Shown one piece after another: positions 53,257 through 63,317 of a stretch of 64,000 nt of DNA. Origin of the DNA: a virus (lineage: Duplodnaviria; Caudoviricetes); IMG/VR virus record IMGVR_UViG_3300031911_000003, positions 1 to 64,000 of that record. The stretch is one strand, 5' to 3'. The notes under the pieces are model-generated. The model was not told the origin of the DNA. It was given only the letters and a program-made list of their open reading frames with translations, and did not search any database. Positions within the stretch are counted from its first letter, which is position 1. The number at the start of each line of letters is the position of its first letter. Position numbers and translations under genes: made by a program.

Positions 53257-54620
53257 AGCTCCACCTCCACCCCTACCCGCCGCACCGCAACTCGTTGCTC
53301 GATCTTCCAGCTACCGGCCTTGTCGCGATCTGCGGCAAGAACGGGCACGGCAAGTCGAGCTTCGTCGAGGCTTACGCGGCCTGCGTCTGGGGGCGTTCGC
53401 TGCGCGGTGCCGGCCCGTGGCGCGGCGCTGACACAAAGCTGACGCTGGACGTCGGTGGATACCGCGTCGAGCGCACGCCCGAGAGCCTACTCCTCAACGG
53501 TGCCAGCGCGCTCAAGCCCTCCAAGAAGCAGGCAGATGTGACGGCGCTGTTTGGCGACTTTCAGACCTGGCAGCGCACGCGCGTCTTCGACGCGGACCTC
53601 ACCGCGCGCTTCGGCGCCGCGTCCGACGGCGACAGGAAGAAGCTGCTCGAGCAGCTACTCGGACTCGAGAAGCTAGACGACGGGTTGCGCCGCTGTCGCG
53701 AGGACAAGCGAGAAGCTGAGCGGCAGCTAAAGAGCGTCGAGCAGGCGCTTTACGTCTCGGAAGAGCCAGACCCGACGCCCGTCGACTTCGATGTGGAGGC
53801 GCTGGCGCGCTCGACGACTCTGCTCGAAGACGTCGAGCGCGCCGCGGCGAAGATGGCCAAGGAGGAGGGGCGCCTTCTCGCCACACTGCAGAGTGCGGAG
53901 CGAAAGATCGGTGCGCTGAGCTCCGGTAGGTGCCCGACCTGCGAGCAGGGCATCCCAACGAAGCACGTCGAGGCGCTCAAGACAGCGGCCGAGGAGACGA
54001 GGATGGAGCGCGCGGCGACCTCTCGCGAGCGCGCTGCGGCGGCCGAAGAGAGCACCCGACTACTCGAGCAGGTGCGGAAACTGCGCGCCGAGCAGGCCGC
54101 CGCCGAGCGCGCAGTCGAAGCAGCGAAGCTCCGCGCAGAACGACAGGCGAAGCGCGCGCCGCTAATCGAGCAGCGAGAGCAGTACGCGGCGTCGCTCCGC
54201 CAGCTATCGGCCGTGGATGCTTTCATCGTCAACGCGCGTCCGAAGCTCCTTCGCTCCTCCCTGGCCATCTTGGAGGCTGCGGCGTCGGCGTGGCTGCCGA
54301 ATCTCTCGATAGGTGATGACGGCTCAATATTGCACGGCGTCAGGACTTACAAGGAGCTCAACGAGGGACATCGCCGCCTCTGCGATATGGCCGTGCTGCT
54401 TGGACTATCGGGCATGGGCGATGCAAAAGCCAAGGGGCCGGTCTGGCTCGATGGTGCGCTTCATGGCCTCGACGACGAGCGGCAGGACGGCATGGCGGCG
54501 CTCCTCGAGACGATCGCGCAGCGGGAGCTCGTCATCGTGCTCACCTGCCAAGAAGACGCGGCGCAGCGGCTGCTTGGACTCAAGATCCGAGTAGTTGACG
54601 GACGGATCGTAAATCAGTAG
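53238..54620 (+). CDS. Rad50/SbcC-like SMC ATPase
   Basis: GKNGHGKSS Walker A, coiled coils, CPTC zinc hook, LNEGHRR signature, WLDG Walker-B-like. Confidence 0.9.
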   Translation: MLVDFVKLHLHPYPPHRNSLLDLPATGLVAICGKNGHGKSSFVEAYAACVWGRSLRGAGPWRGADTKLTLDVGGYRVERTPESLLLNGASALKPSKKQADVTALFGDFQTWQRTRVFDADLTARFGAASDGDRKKLLEQLLGLEKLDDGLRRCREDKREAERQLKSVEQALYVSEEPDPTPVDFDVEALARSTTLLEDVERAAAKMAKEEGRLLATLQSAERKIGALSSGRCPTCEQGIPTKHVEALKTAAEETRMERAATSRERAAAAEESTRLLEQVRKLRAEQAAAERAVEAAKLRAERQAKRAPLIEQREQYAASLRQLSAVDAFIVNARPKLLRSSLAILEAAASAWLPNLSIGDDGSILHGVRTYKELNEGHRRLCDMAVLLGLSGMGDAKAKGPVWLDGALHGLDDERQDGMAALLETIAQRELVIVLTCQEDAAQRLLGLKIRVVDGRIVNQ

Positions 54621-54629
54621 AGTTGACGC

Positions 54630-55339
54630 ATGAAAGTCATCGGACTCGCAGGTTTGAAGGGCTCCGGCAAAGATGCGTTTGCGGACAGGTTGAGCTACTC
54701 ATTCTCCAGACTCGGAATCCGGAGTGAGCGACGGGCATTTGCTGACGCAGTCAAGAGCTCGCTTCGGGAACTGTTCCGCTTCACAGAAGCGCAACTGACC
54801 TCTCCTACATTGAAAGAGGTCATAGATCCACGCTGGGGCATCTCTCCGCGGGAGGCGATGCGCAGATACGGTGGCGCTCCCGGCGAGGGGCTGAAAGCGA
54901 TCTTTGGCGATGACTTCTGGATACGTCGCCTGATGCTCGACGTATCACTACACCGTTCCTCTGACGTACTCCTCGTGACCGACGTCCGCTTCGAGACGGA
55001 GGCCGCTTGGGTGAAGCGACAGGGCAAGCTCGTCCTCGTCTCGCGGTCGTGCGTGCTGTTCGACGGACACTCGACGGAAGAGATGGGACGCGACCCGTGT
55101 TGTTCTTCGACTACGCTGTCGACAATTCTGGGACGCTTGAGGAGTTGGCGGAGCACGCTGAAATGCTGGCGCGTCGGCTGCTGCCGTGGCTGCAAGCGAG
55201 AGAGATCGAGTACGAACCTACAGTTTCCGATTGCGTCAAGCGAGGCACGTCGGAGCAGCGAGAGCACTCCCGGGATTGCGGATTCTGTCTCGCTGCGGAA
55301 GTCGGAAGCGGACCTCTTATGTCGAAGGAGTCTAGATAG
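54630..55339 (+). CDS. deoxynucleoside monophosphate kinase with a -1 frame break near 55095
   Basis: GLAGLKGSGKD, AFADAVK, PREAMRRYG, VTDVRFETE and HSTE are in one frame; the expected DYAVDNSGTLEEL C-terminus is in the -1 frame, which ends TAG next to the thyX ATG. Confidence 0.75.
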
Positions 55340-56227
55340 ATGGCGCTCAAGCACACCTCCAAGGGCACGCCGTATCTCACGGCGCCGGAAGTCTGCATTA
55401 TCGCAGCGACACATGTCGGCCGACATGTGTTCGGCGCCGAATCATTCGTCCGAGAGCTGTTTCCAGACACTGATTATTTCGAAGAAATCGAGGAAGACAT
55501 CCCCCTCAACGACGGCGCCCAGCTCACCAAGTTCGCCGGACAGCTTTGCTACCTCAGCTTCGGCGCGCAGCGGACGCGCAACGCCGAGGCGTCGAAGTAC
55601 CTCGAGCACGTAAAGGCGAGCGGCCACGGCAGCGTCTTTGAGCACGTCTCGATGTCGATCCTGTTCTGGGGCGTCTCGCGCGCTTTCACGCACGAGCTAG
55701 TCAGGCACAGGGCGGGCTTCGGATTCAGCCAGGTGTCGCAGCGCTATGTCGCGGGCAAGCACGTGCGCTTCGTCGAGTCGCTGGCGACGCAGTTCGATCA
55801 TGCTTGCGCTTACAGCGAGGAGCGACAGCTTGGTGTAGTTGCTGAGCTACACGACTGCTTTGAGCAGTGGATCGACGCCTGCCGTGAGGAGTACGAGCGG
55901 CGCGAGCAGCTGCTCCTCCGTCGCGCCGGTATCGACTACAAGACCGCCACGACCGACCAGCGTAAGGCCGTGCGCCAGGAGGCCCGCCGCTGTCTCCCGA
56001 ACGAGACGGAGGCGCCGATCCTCGTCACCGGCAACATCCGCGCCTGGCGCCACTTCTGCGAGCAGCGCGCGAGCGAGTTCGCCGACGCCGAGACTTGTCG
56101 CAACGCCTTTGCCGCGTTCGAGGCGCTGTGCGCCCACGAGCCGATGCTGTGGGAGGACTACATCGTCTCTACAGACAAGCGCGCCGACGGCTTGCCGACG
56201 GTACAGACGCCGTACAGGAAGGTGTAG
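55340..56227 (+). CDS. thyX: flavin-dependent thymidylate synthase
   Basis: GHGSVFEH, VSRAFTHELVRHR....SQVSQRYV, ARRCLPN, GNIRAWRHF. Confidence 0.95.
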   Translation: MALKHTSKGTPYLTAPEVCIIAATHVGRHVFGAESFVRELFPDTDYFEEIEEDIPLNDGAQLTKFAGQLCYLSFGAQRTRNAEASKYLEHVKASGHGSVFEHVSMSILFWGVSRAFTHELVRHRAGFGFSQVSQRYVAGKHVRFVESLATQFDHACAYSEERQLGVVAELHDCFEQWIDACREEYERREQLLLRRAGIDYKTATTDQRKAVRQEARRCLPNETEAPILVTGNIRAWRHFCEQRASEFADAETCRNAFAAFEALCAHEPMLWEDYIVSTDKRADGLPTVQTPYRKV

Positions 56228-56229
56228 CG

Positions 56230-56574
56230 GTGAGCGGAGAGGCGCAGCCGATCCCCGACGTTCGAGCGAAGCTCGAGCAGCTGCGCGTGCGGCGGCGTGT
56301 GACGGCGTTCTGCGACGCGTGCGGCAAGACGCGCAGCTGGTTCTACAAAGTGCTGCGCGGCGAGGCGTCGCTGCTACCGTACCTCGTCCAGCTCGACTAC
56401 GCACTTGACTTCCCAGCCCATCCCATCACCGCGGCGCGTGAGGCAGCGGGCTTATCGAGAACAGAAGCTGCACGACGGCTTGGATTGAGCCGCCAGACGA
56501 TCTACGTCTGGGAGACGCAGCCGGCGCGACCAGAGCGCGTCGAGGCGATGCTTTCTCTCAAACGTTCTGAGTAG
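56230..56574 (+). CDS. double-HTH DNA-binding protein
   Basis: AREAAGLSRTEAARRLGLSRQTIYVWE; GTG at 56230. Confidence 0.7.
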   Translation: MSGEAQPIPDVRAKLEQLRVRRRVTAFCDACGKTRSWFYKVLRGEASLLPYLVQLDYALDFPAHPITAAREAAGLSRTEAARRLGLSRQTIYVWETQPARPERVEAMLSLKRSE

Positions 56575-56637
56575 TTTACAAATTGTACTTGCATGGCTTC
56601 GAGCTCTAATTTACGATTTGTATCAGAGGTGCTGTAC

Positions 56638-56976
56638 ATGAGTGAACCGATTGAATGCTTCGATCCGAATGACTCCGGTTTCGTTCACAAGTCTCAACTG
56701 TTCGACAACGCAAAACCCATCGCGAAACCCGTCGCTGGCGTATGCTTGGCCGACGGCTGCCACGTAAGCGTGCGCAAAGTTGGTTGGCTGCACCTCAAGC
56801 GTGAGGTCATCACCGACTTCCAAATAGTCCTCAACGGTGAGGTGCTCAACAGCTACGCGATGACCGCGGAAGCGGCGCGCAGCGCGAAGCTCAAGCTCGC
56901 TACATTCGTCGGTGAGAGCGACTGCGCGTACCTCAGCCGCGCGATCGACGAGATCGTCAAGGCGGTGCTTCGATGA
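56638..56976 (+). CDS. hypothetical protein
   Basis: GAGGT SD before ATG 56638. Confidence 0.5.
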   Translation: MSEPIECFDPNDSGFVHKSQLFDNAKPIAKPVAGVCLADGCHVSVRKVGWLHLKREVITDFQIVLNGEVLNSYAMTAEAARSAKLKLATFVGESDCAYLSRAIDEIVKAVLR

Positions 56977-57136
56977 AAAGCCGCCGCGCAGCACGACGAA
57001 GTGCAAAGAATATTCGAAATCAGATGCGTAAATTCGGCGTAGCGTTCGAGCACGATGAATTTTATACGCTCGAACCTAAAGAGATCGTCGCTTCGAAGTT
57101 GCGACGGCATGCGCCAGAATGTATCGGAGCTCACCC

Positions 57137-58873
57137 ATGAAGCGCGTACTTTCTACCGACATCCCCAACACGATCAGCGGTGAGCGACGGAAGGAGTGTA
57201 AGAAGACGTTCATCGTCGACCCAACGTGTGTCGTCTTCGCCATCGGGCCGGACAGCTGGCTGCGCGACGGGCGCGAGGACATCGCCGTCTCGGCGTCACT
57301 CGTCGGCTCGCTCATCCTCGCCAACGACACCGACAACCGCATCGACGGCCCGCGGGTCGGCGAGGGCCACGGCAACGCCGCCCGTGTACCCGCTGACAAG
57401 ACGGCGCAGGTGCCAGGCTACGACACGGCCGGCAACCCCGTGCTCTGGGGGGCGCTGTCGAGCGTCCAGCTGACGGTGATGGGCACCGACACCGAGCCCG
57501 TTTACGTCATCTCGGCGGCGGGGCGGCAGACGGCCAAAGCTAGCGAATACTTGACGGGCCTGCTCCGCCGGCTCCGTGAGCTCTATCAGCGCGTGTACAC
57601 GGCTCTCGAGCGAGAGCGAGAGGAGTGCCGAGCGAACCTCGCCTCGCTCCTCAAGCGCAAGAACCTACAGCCGGCTGAGCAAGAGCGATTGTTTGAATTG
57701 CAGGCTGCTGACGAAACCTTCAAGAAGCGTACACTCGATCAGCAGGCGCTTGAAGACGTACAGGCCGAGGCGCGCAAGGTTCGCGACCCGGTGCTAGCGG
57801 AGCTGTCGGACGCGCACTTCCTGGCCATCTTCCGAGGCGTCGCCGGCTTGAAGTTCGGCAAGCCGCTCGTCGGGCGCACCTACAGCGCCGTCTTCCACCT
57901 ATCCGTGGGCTACGTGCCGGACCTGCCGTCCGACTACCGGAGCCTCGAGCGCTCGAAGCTCGCGAACTTCCAAGTGCCCAGCCCCCCCAGCGCCGAGGCA
58001 GACAACACGCGCCGCCTCGTACGTGAGTACGTCCTGAACGGCGTATGCGCCGACGAGGTGCAGGCCCTCGAGCGCGTCCGGCAGTACGTCCGGCCGCTCA
58101 TGGCCGTGGGCGCCGAGCAGCCACCGAGCGCCCAGTACGTCATGCAGCTCTACCGCCTGGACATGCTCGTGCCGGAAGCGAAGAAGGCGGTGGACGAGCA
58201 GGCGGACCCACGCAAGATGCTGGCGCTGTTCGAGAAGCTGACGAAGCGCCTGTTCCGCGAGGCGCTCGAAGAAGTCGAGCGCGGCAACCTCAAGGTTCAC
58301 CTCACCTGTAACGAGATGTCTGACGATGAGCAACGCGCCGAGCTCGCAAACATCCTGAACCCACCGAAGCGCGGGCGCACCGACAAGCCGAAGTTAAAAA
58401 CTCAGTCTGTGGTTCCTGTCCGATCGGATCGCGCGCCGATCCTCGCCAAGCTCGCGGCGCTGCGCAGCCCAATGAACTCACTGTCCGACGACCAGCGCCG
58501 CGAGGCGGCGGCCGTCGCGGCTTGGGAGCGCTTCCAGGCGGGCGATGCCGCCGCGCTCCGAGACTACCCGCATCTGGCCAGCGCGGTCGCTGACGCGGAA
58601 GCTGAGGTCGACAGCGAGGATACGCCGTTGCAGATGGCTTTGGACTTCCTCGACGGCTGGAACGGGCGGGACAAGATCGAGTTGCAGGCGTTCGCTGAGC
58701 GCCAGCCGAAAGAGGACGGCGAGCTCATGGCGTGGCGCGCGCGGGGGAAGACACACGAGGCTAAGCGCTTGGTGGCGAAGAAGCTCATAGAGGACGCGGC
58801 GGCCAAGATGCCGAAGACCGTCAAGCCCGACGAGCGCGCGAACTGGATCAGAGAGGAGTTGGAGGCGAAATGA
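57137..58873 (+). CDS. large hypothetical protein (possible divergent ParB-like N-terminus, helical C-terminus)
   Basis: ATGA-coupled to a small ORF at 56973..57140; VYVISAAGRQ loosely resembles ParB IxxGxRR. Confidence 0.55.
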   Translation: MKRVLSTDIPNTISGERRKECKKTFIVDPTCVVFAIGPDSWLRDGREDIAVSASLVGSLILANDTDNRIDGPRVGEGHGNAARVPADKTAQVPGYDTAGNPVLWGALSSVQLTVMGTDTEPVYVISAAGRQTAKASEYLTGLLRRLRELYQRVYTALEREREECRANLASLLKRKNLQPAEQERLFELQAADETFKKRTLDQQALEDVQAEARKVRDPVLAELSDAHFLAIFRGVAGLKFGKPLVGRTYSAVFHLSVGYVPDLPSDYRSLERSKLANFQVPSPPSAEADNTRRLVREYVLNGVCADEVQALERVRQYVRPLMAVGAEQPPSAQYVMQLYRLDMLVPEAKKAVDEQADPRKMLALFEKLTKRLFREALEEVERGNLKVHLTCNEMSDDEQRAELANILNPPKRGRTDKPKLKTQSVVPVRSDRAPILAKLAALRSPMNSLSDDQRREAAAVAAWERFQAGDAAALRDYPHLASAVADAEAEVDSEDTPLQMALDFLDGWNGRDKIELQAFAERQPKEDGELMAWRARGKTHEAKRLVAKKLIEDAAAKMPKTVKPDERANWIREELEAK

Positions 58874-59212
58874 GAACGATCACGCAGAGATCTGAAGGGA
58901 ATTGGAGCCGCGGCGGAGTCCGTGCGGTTCGCTAAACCGAAGGTGCAGCGCCGGGTCGCGAAGAATCCGCACTACGCCGATCGCTTCCGCGGGGCGCACG
59001 CGGCGAAGGTCGCAGCCGCGCAGAAGCGACGCGCCGAACTGCTCGCGAAGCAAGCAGAAGAGGCGCGCAAGGCCCAAGAGAAGGTCGCAGCTTCAAAAGA
59101 GACGGCAGATAACGCTCGAATCGTACGAAGCCTGACCATCCGCTCCACTGAACGCTTGACAGGTCGTACCCGAATCTGCAACAGTTCGAGCTGTGGAAAC
59201 CACGCAGCATGA
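58870..59212 (+). CDS. basic hypothetical protein with a probable frame break near 58890
   Basis: GGAGG + ATG 58870 stops early, while the long ORF lies in another frame. Confidence 0.35.
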
Positions 59213-60287
59213 TCGCAGTAGTACGTTCGCCAGATACTTCAAGCGCTGGCTCGGGCGCCGCCTAGTCGAGCGCCCGAAGCCGCAGCCTCCCGCGCCACCG
59301 CCGAAGCCCAGCAAGCACGCGCGCCTGCGTGCGGAGCACAGGCACCTCCACATCTCGGCCGATCTACGAGCCCGCGCGACGAGCAGGCGACAGCTCGCGC
59401 CAATCGATCCGCAACTCGCGCGCATCATCGCAGAGCGCCGGATGGGTCGGCACCCACGCACCCAGAAGCCTCACCCACTGCCCGCGAGCTGCCTGAAGAA
59501 GTGCGGCGTCCGAGACTGCGCGCACGCGCAACCTCGCGCACTGCTCAGACTCCGCGACGAGTACGCCGCCGCGAACTACGATCTAGCGCATCGAGCGGCG
59601 GACAAGCAGTGGCAGCGCAACCAGCACCTCGAGCGGGAGATTGTGCCGTGCGTCTACCACAACACCGCCGAACCGAAGAAGTGCCGCTGCCGAGGGCGCC
59701 GGGAGTACCTCTGCCAACCCGACCTCGAGCATCTCGCGTACATCGGTCTGCTCGACGCGATCCTCTACTTCGACAAGGACAAGGCCGGCTGTCTCTCGTC
59801 TTACGCTGTCCACAAGATGAAGTTCTCGATGCTGACGCTTTTGCGTCAAACGCCTGTCTACTACCCGCCAGACCTGCTCCGCGACCGCCGAGACGTGGGC
59901 GCGCTGCGCAAGACTCTGTGTCGAGAGCCGACCGAAGCTGAGATGGTGGTTAAGCTGGCGGAGCGGGGTGCCTGCACTGCTGAGCGAGCGCGGCTCGCGA
60001 TGAACTGCTACTACGGCAATGAGCGGAAGAGCGTCGAGGAGCTGCATGAGCAGTACTTTGGTCGGACCTCGCGGGAGGATCGCCGCGCACGTAGGTCGCG
60101 CGGGGAGACGTTCGTCGAAAACCTGTCCATCGAGCAACCCCGCCGTGGAGAGGATTCAGACGGGGACGTGATCGAGGCCATTGCGTCGCTGCCCGCGGAG
60201 CTGCGAGCAGACGCGCAGAGGGCTCTCGGCGGGCGATCGAAGCTATCCGACGCCACTCTCGGCGCGCTGCGCGAGGCGCTGCTCTAG
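59193..60287 (+). CDS. sigma70-family RNA polymerase sigma factor
   Basis: DLEHLAYIGLLDAILYFDKDK..CLSSYAVHKMK (region 2), LCREPTEAEM (region 3), VIEAIASLP (start of region 4). Confidence 0.75.
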   Translation: METTQHDRSSTFARYFKRWLGRRLVERPKPQPPAPPPKPSKHARLRAEHRHLHISADLRARATSRRQLAPIDPQLARIIAERRMGRHPRTQKPHPLPASCLKKCGVRDCAHAQPRALLRLRDEYAAANYDLAHRAADKQWQRNQHLEREIVPCVYHNTAEPKKCRCRGRREYLCQPDLEHLAYIGLLDAILYFDKDKAGCLSSYAVHKMKFSMLTLLRQTPVYYPPDLLRDRRDVGALRKTLCREPTEAEMVVKLAERGACTAERARLAMNCYYGNERKSVEELHEQYFGRTSREDRRARRSRGETFVENLSIEQPRRGEDSDGDVIEAIASLPAELRADAQRALGGRSKLSDATLGALREALL

Positions 60288-60577
60288 CGCCGGCACCCGG
60301 CACACCTGCCGCCGTTGCACTTCCCGCACGATATCACGACGTTGCCGAGCTCGTACTTGCCGCCGTCGTGGCCGCAGATCGGGTAGCGGTCGACCTGCCA
60401 CCTGCTCGACGAAGCGGCGAAGCTGCGCTTGCCACAGTGGTGGCAGCGCACGCGGAGCTGCCCACGGTGCAGGTATCCGTGCGCCGAGACGAGGGCCGCG
60501 CGGCGTCTGCGCCTGGCTTCAGCGCTGCCGCGCGTATCTACGCTGCGGTGATCCTCACCACCACGCTTCCACATCAC
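60284..60577 (-). CDS. HNH endonuclease
   Basis: CHHCG...VDRYPICGHDGGKYELGNVVISCGKCN. Confidence 0.7.
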   Translation of the reverse strand: MMWKRGGEDHRSVDTRGSAEARRRRRAALVSAHGYLHRGQLRVRCHHCGKRSFAASSSRWQVDRYPICGHDGGKYELGNVVISCGKCNGGRCAGCRR

Positions 60578-61473
60578 CGCACCTTCAGGATCTTGTCGAC
60601 GAGCTGCACCACGTTCTGCGGCAGCGGGCCGACGACGAAGAGGTACTGCCGTAGGAAGCTCTCGAGCTGTCGAACCGAACGTTGCAGTAGCTGTAGTACT
60701 GACTCCGACATCATGGCCTCGAAGTCAACCAGCTGCGCCTCGTCGCACTCCTCGATCTGCACGTCGAACGTCGTCGAGGGCAACTGCTCGCCGAAGTTGC
60801 CCGCGACGTAGTAACGGCAGGTCCGCATCTTCTGATGTGAGGCGTCGTGCGGCACACACACGACGTCGGCCGGATCGACGCGGCAGACGACGATCCGCTC
60901 GCCGCAGTAGCTGCGTGCATACTCCAGGCTCCCGACGTGTAGCCCCGTGTGACAAGCGTGGTTCGGATCGTCGCTAATCTCGTTGCGCGGCATCTGCACC
61001 CAACTGCCCGGTCTGTTGCAGATCTTGCCGCTGTGCTTGTCGAGATAGTCTGCGCGCACACCCTTGTACGCGAGGAAACGCCCGTCTGGCTCGATGGGTA
61101 TGCCGACGTGATCGAGGAAGGCCCACAGGCTGTCGACGCTGCGCTTCGACGGGTTTTGCGCCAGGCGCTCGTGGAAGCGGAGCAGCGGCTCGGAGTCGCC
61201 CCCGACCTCCTTCGTCTCGAACACGCGTCGCGCGAACCCGCCGTGCATTGGCTTGCCGTCGAAGAGTAGTTCCGCGCCGCGCAGCTCGAATCGCGTGCGC
61301 GACCACGCGGCGACGCTTTGGGCTGCACTCGCGATGTGGCGCACAGCCTCCTCGAAGTCCCGTCGTTCGAGGGCCGCGCGCAACTGCGGCGCGTTCGGCG
61401 CGTCACTCCGCACCACGTAAGTCTTGCCACAGTGGACTATCGTGATTTGATCTTTCGTCGCCGTGAATCGCAT
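60574..61473 (-). CDS. rIIB: rIIB-like protein
   Basis: DGRFLAYKGV, MPRNEISDDPNHACHTGLHVGS..Y, VDPADVVCVP.D...KMRTCRY. Confidence 0.9.
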   Translation of the reverse strand: MRFTATKDQITIVHCGKTYVVRSDAPNAPQLRAALERRDFEEAVRHIASAAQSVAAWSRTRFELRGAELLFDGKPMHGGFARRVFETKEVGGDSEPLLRFHERLAQNPSKRSVDSLWAFLDHVGIPIEPDGRFLAYKGVRADYLDKHSGKICNRPGSWVQMPRNEISDDPNHACHTGLHVGSLEYARSYCGERIVVCRVDPADVVCVPHDASHQKMRTCRYYVAGNFGEQLPSTTFDVQIEECDEAQLVDFEAMMSESVLQLLQRSVRQLESFLRQYLFVVGPLPQNVVQLVDKILKVR

Positions 61474-63317
61474 GTATCTGTCATCCTTATATATTCGAGC
61501 CATTGAATCGAGTGCTTATCGACCAGCGACCGGAGGCCGTACGTTTTGAGCAGCGGATATTTCCCGAGTGCCGCAGCAACTACAGCCTTGCGCGATGCCG
61601 GATCATCTGGTAGCCGCTGCGACAGCCAGCAAACTGCACGGTCTGTGTAGCGATGCGGCTTCGCTGCCCTCACGAGCAGTTGCGAAAGCGGGTGCTCGGC
61701 TCCAAGCGTTGCGGCTACCTTCGCCACATCGCTCTCGTCGACCTCACCGATCTCCGCCACCCAACGGAGCCGCTCGACGTCCTCGCGGGCGCCAGGCTGG
61801 CCAGCGAGCACTTCGGCGAGGACGGTCATCCACTGGCCGAGCTCGACGCCGACTCGCACCTTCTTGTAACCGTAGACTTCTGGCATCTCGAGGCCGAACG
61901 CACTGAGCAGGTCGCGGCACTCATGGATCTGGTGGTAGTTCGTGTCGAACCTGTCGAGGTGGACGTACAGGTCTTCAGGCTGCGGCGCGCGCTCTACCGC
62001 CTCCCAGTTCGACGACAATGGGCGCTTGAACTCATAGGTGCAAAGTCTGAACATGCTGCGCCGCGCGTTCGGGTTCGCGCCGCGCCTGGGTGAGCGCTCT
62101 GGTCGCGTCCAAGACAGCTCCGAAGTCTTTACTATCGGGATGCCCTCGATGCCCGCAGCTCTGACAGCCGCCGCCACCGCGGCCTCTTCAGGTGGCCTGT
62201 GGTCATAGCCGTAGACGACGTAGTCCGTCGCTGACAGCGCGAAGCCTTTGAGTCCGCGCCTGTCGTCGCGCAGAACGATGCGCGCCGCATCGTCGAGCTC
62301 GATCGTTTCTCGCACCTTGCGACCGACTTTGAGTGTGAACGACCCTGAGATCGAGTATTTGCCGTTCACCCGCGGTATCAGCGGCAGGTCTAAGCCACCG
62401 TACTTCGACAGCGCGAGCTTCTGCGTCCACGGCGACAGCGATTCGACGCTGCGAATCAGCTCGAGCACGAAGCCGTCGATCGCCGCGCAGATCGCCGCTT
62501 CGAGAGCACCGCGCGTCTTCTCGCTGTACTTGAGCTGCTCGCGCGAGGCCGCGATGTGCAGCGCGCCGATCTCGAAGCGCAGCGCGCAGCCGACGTTTCG
62601 CGCGTAGTGTGGAAGCTTAAGCTGCGACAGGTCGATGGGATACGGCACGCAGCCCATGACTGCGGTCCACCTGCCGTACGGCTTTGGCGTCCAGCTGACG
62701 TCGGGTAGTTTCGCGCAAATATCAGGCAGCGGGTCGAAGTACTTGAACAGGTTCTCGGCCTTAGACCCGAACTCGCCGAGGTCTTCCCGTCGCACCGCCA
62801 CCTGAATCTCGAGGCCGGTGTCGTCGCTGTCGAACTCGTCGAGAAGGCGAACCTCACCACGCTCGCTGACGTCGAGCGTGCAGACGTACGTGCGGCACTT
62901 GCCCTCGCAGCGCGACACGACGGTGAAGCTGTCGGCGTAGGCGAAACCGCTCTTGCTGCCAATACCGAGCATCCCGACCTGCCCGCTGTCCGCGCGCTTC
63001 GTCGAGGCGCCGTACTGCGTGAAGAGCTCGAACACCTCCCGCTTCGAGAGGCCGCGCCCGAAGTCGCGAATCGAGAGCGTCTGGTCCTCGAGCGTCGGCA
63101 GCCTGACTCGGATCGGCACGTCGCCCTTGCCCGCCTCGCGGTGCGCGTCCCAAGCGTTGGCGCCGTACTCGCGCAATACCGCCAACACCTTGTCGCTGTA
63201 GAGCGTGTCGCGCAGCACCGTCATGAGGTGTGCCTCGTCGCCGCGCGAGATGCCGAAGCCCGCTCGCTCGCCCGAGTCGCAGGAGTCGACGCTGCGGTCG
63301 AAGGTCTGCGGGATCAC
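61437..63317 (-). CDS. rIIA: rIIA-like protein (GHKL ATPase)
   Basis: LYSDKVLAVLREYGANAWDAH, IRDFGRGL, YGASTK, GMLGIGSKSGFAYADSFTV; GTGA coupling at 63317. Confidence 0.9.
   Translation of the reverse strand: MIPQTFDRSVDSCDSGERAGFGISRGDEAHLMTVLRDTLYSDKVLAVLREYGANAWDAHREAGKGDVPIRVRLPTLEDQTLSIRDFGRGLSKREVFELFTQYGASTKRADSGQVGMLGIGSKSGFAYADSFTVVSRCEGKCRTYVCTLDVSERGEVRLLDEFDSDDTGLEIQVAVRREDLGEFGSKAENLFKYFDPLPDICAKLPDVSWTPKPYGRWTAVMGCVPYPIDLSQLKLPHYARNVGCALRFEIGALHIAASREQLKYSEKTRGALEAAICAAIDGFVLELIRSVESLSPWTQKLALSKYGGLDLPLIPRVNGKYSISGSFTLKVGRKVRETIELDDAARIVLRDDRRGLKGFALSATDYVVYGYDHRPPEEAAVAAAVRAAGIEGIPIVKTSELSWTRPERSPRRGANPNARRSMFRLCTYEFKRPLSSNWEAVERAPQPEDLYVHLDRFDTNYHQIHECRDLLSAFGLEMPEVYGYKKVRVGVELGQWMTVLAEVLAGQPGAREDVERLRWVAEIGEVDESDVAKVAATLGAEHPLSQLLVRAAKPHRYTDRAVCWLSQRLPDDPASRKAVVAAALGKYPLLKTYGLRSLVDKHSIQWLEYIRMTDTCDSRRRKIKSR

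Noticed and set aside
54630-55613. 327-aa ORF as listed in the track
   Set aside because: Its C-terminal half is out of frame with kinase homology and overlaps thyX; reinterpreted as a frame-broken gene ending at 55339
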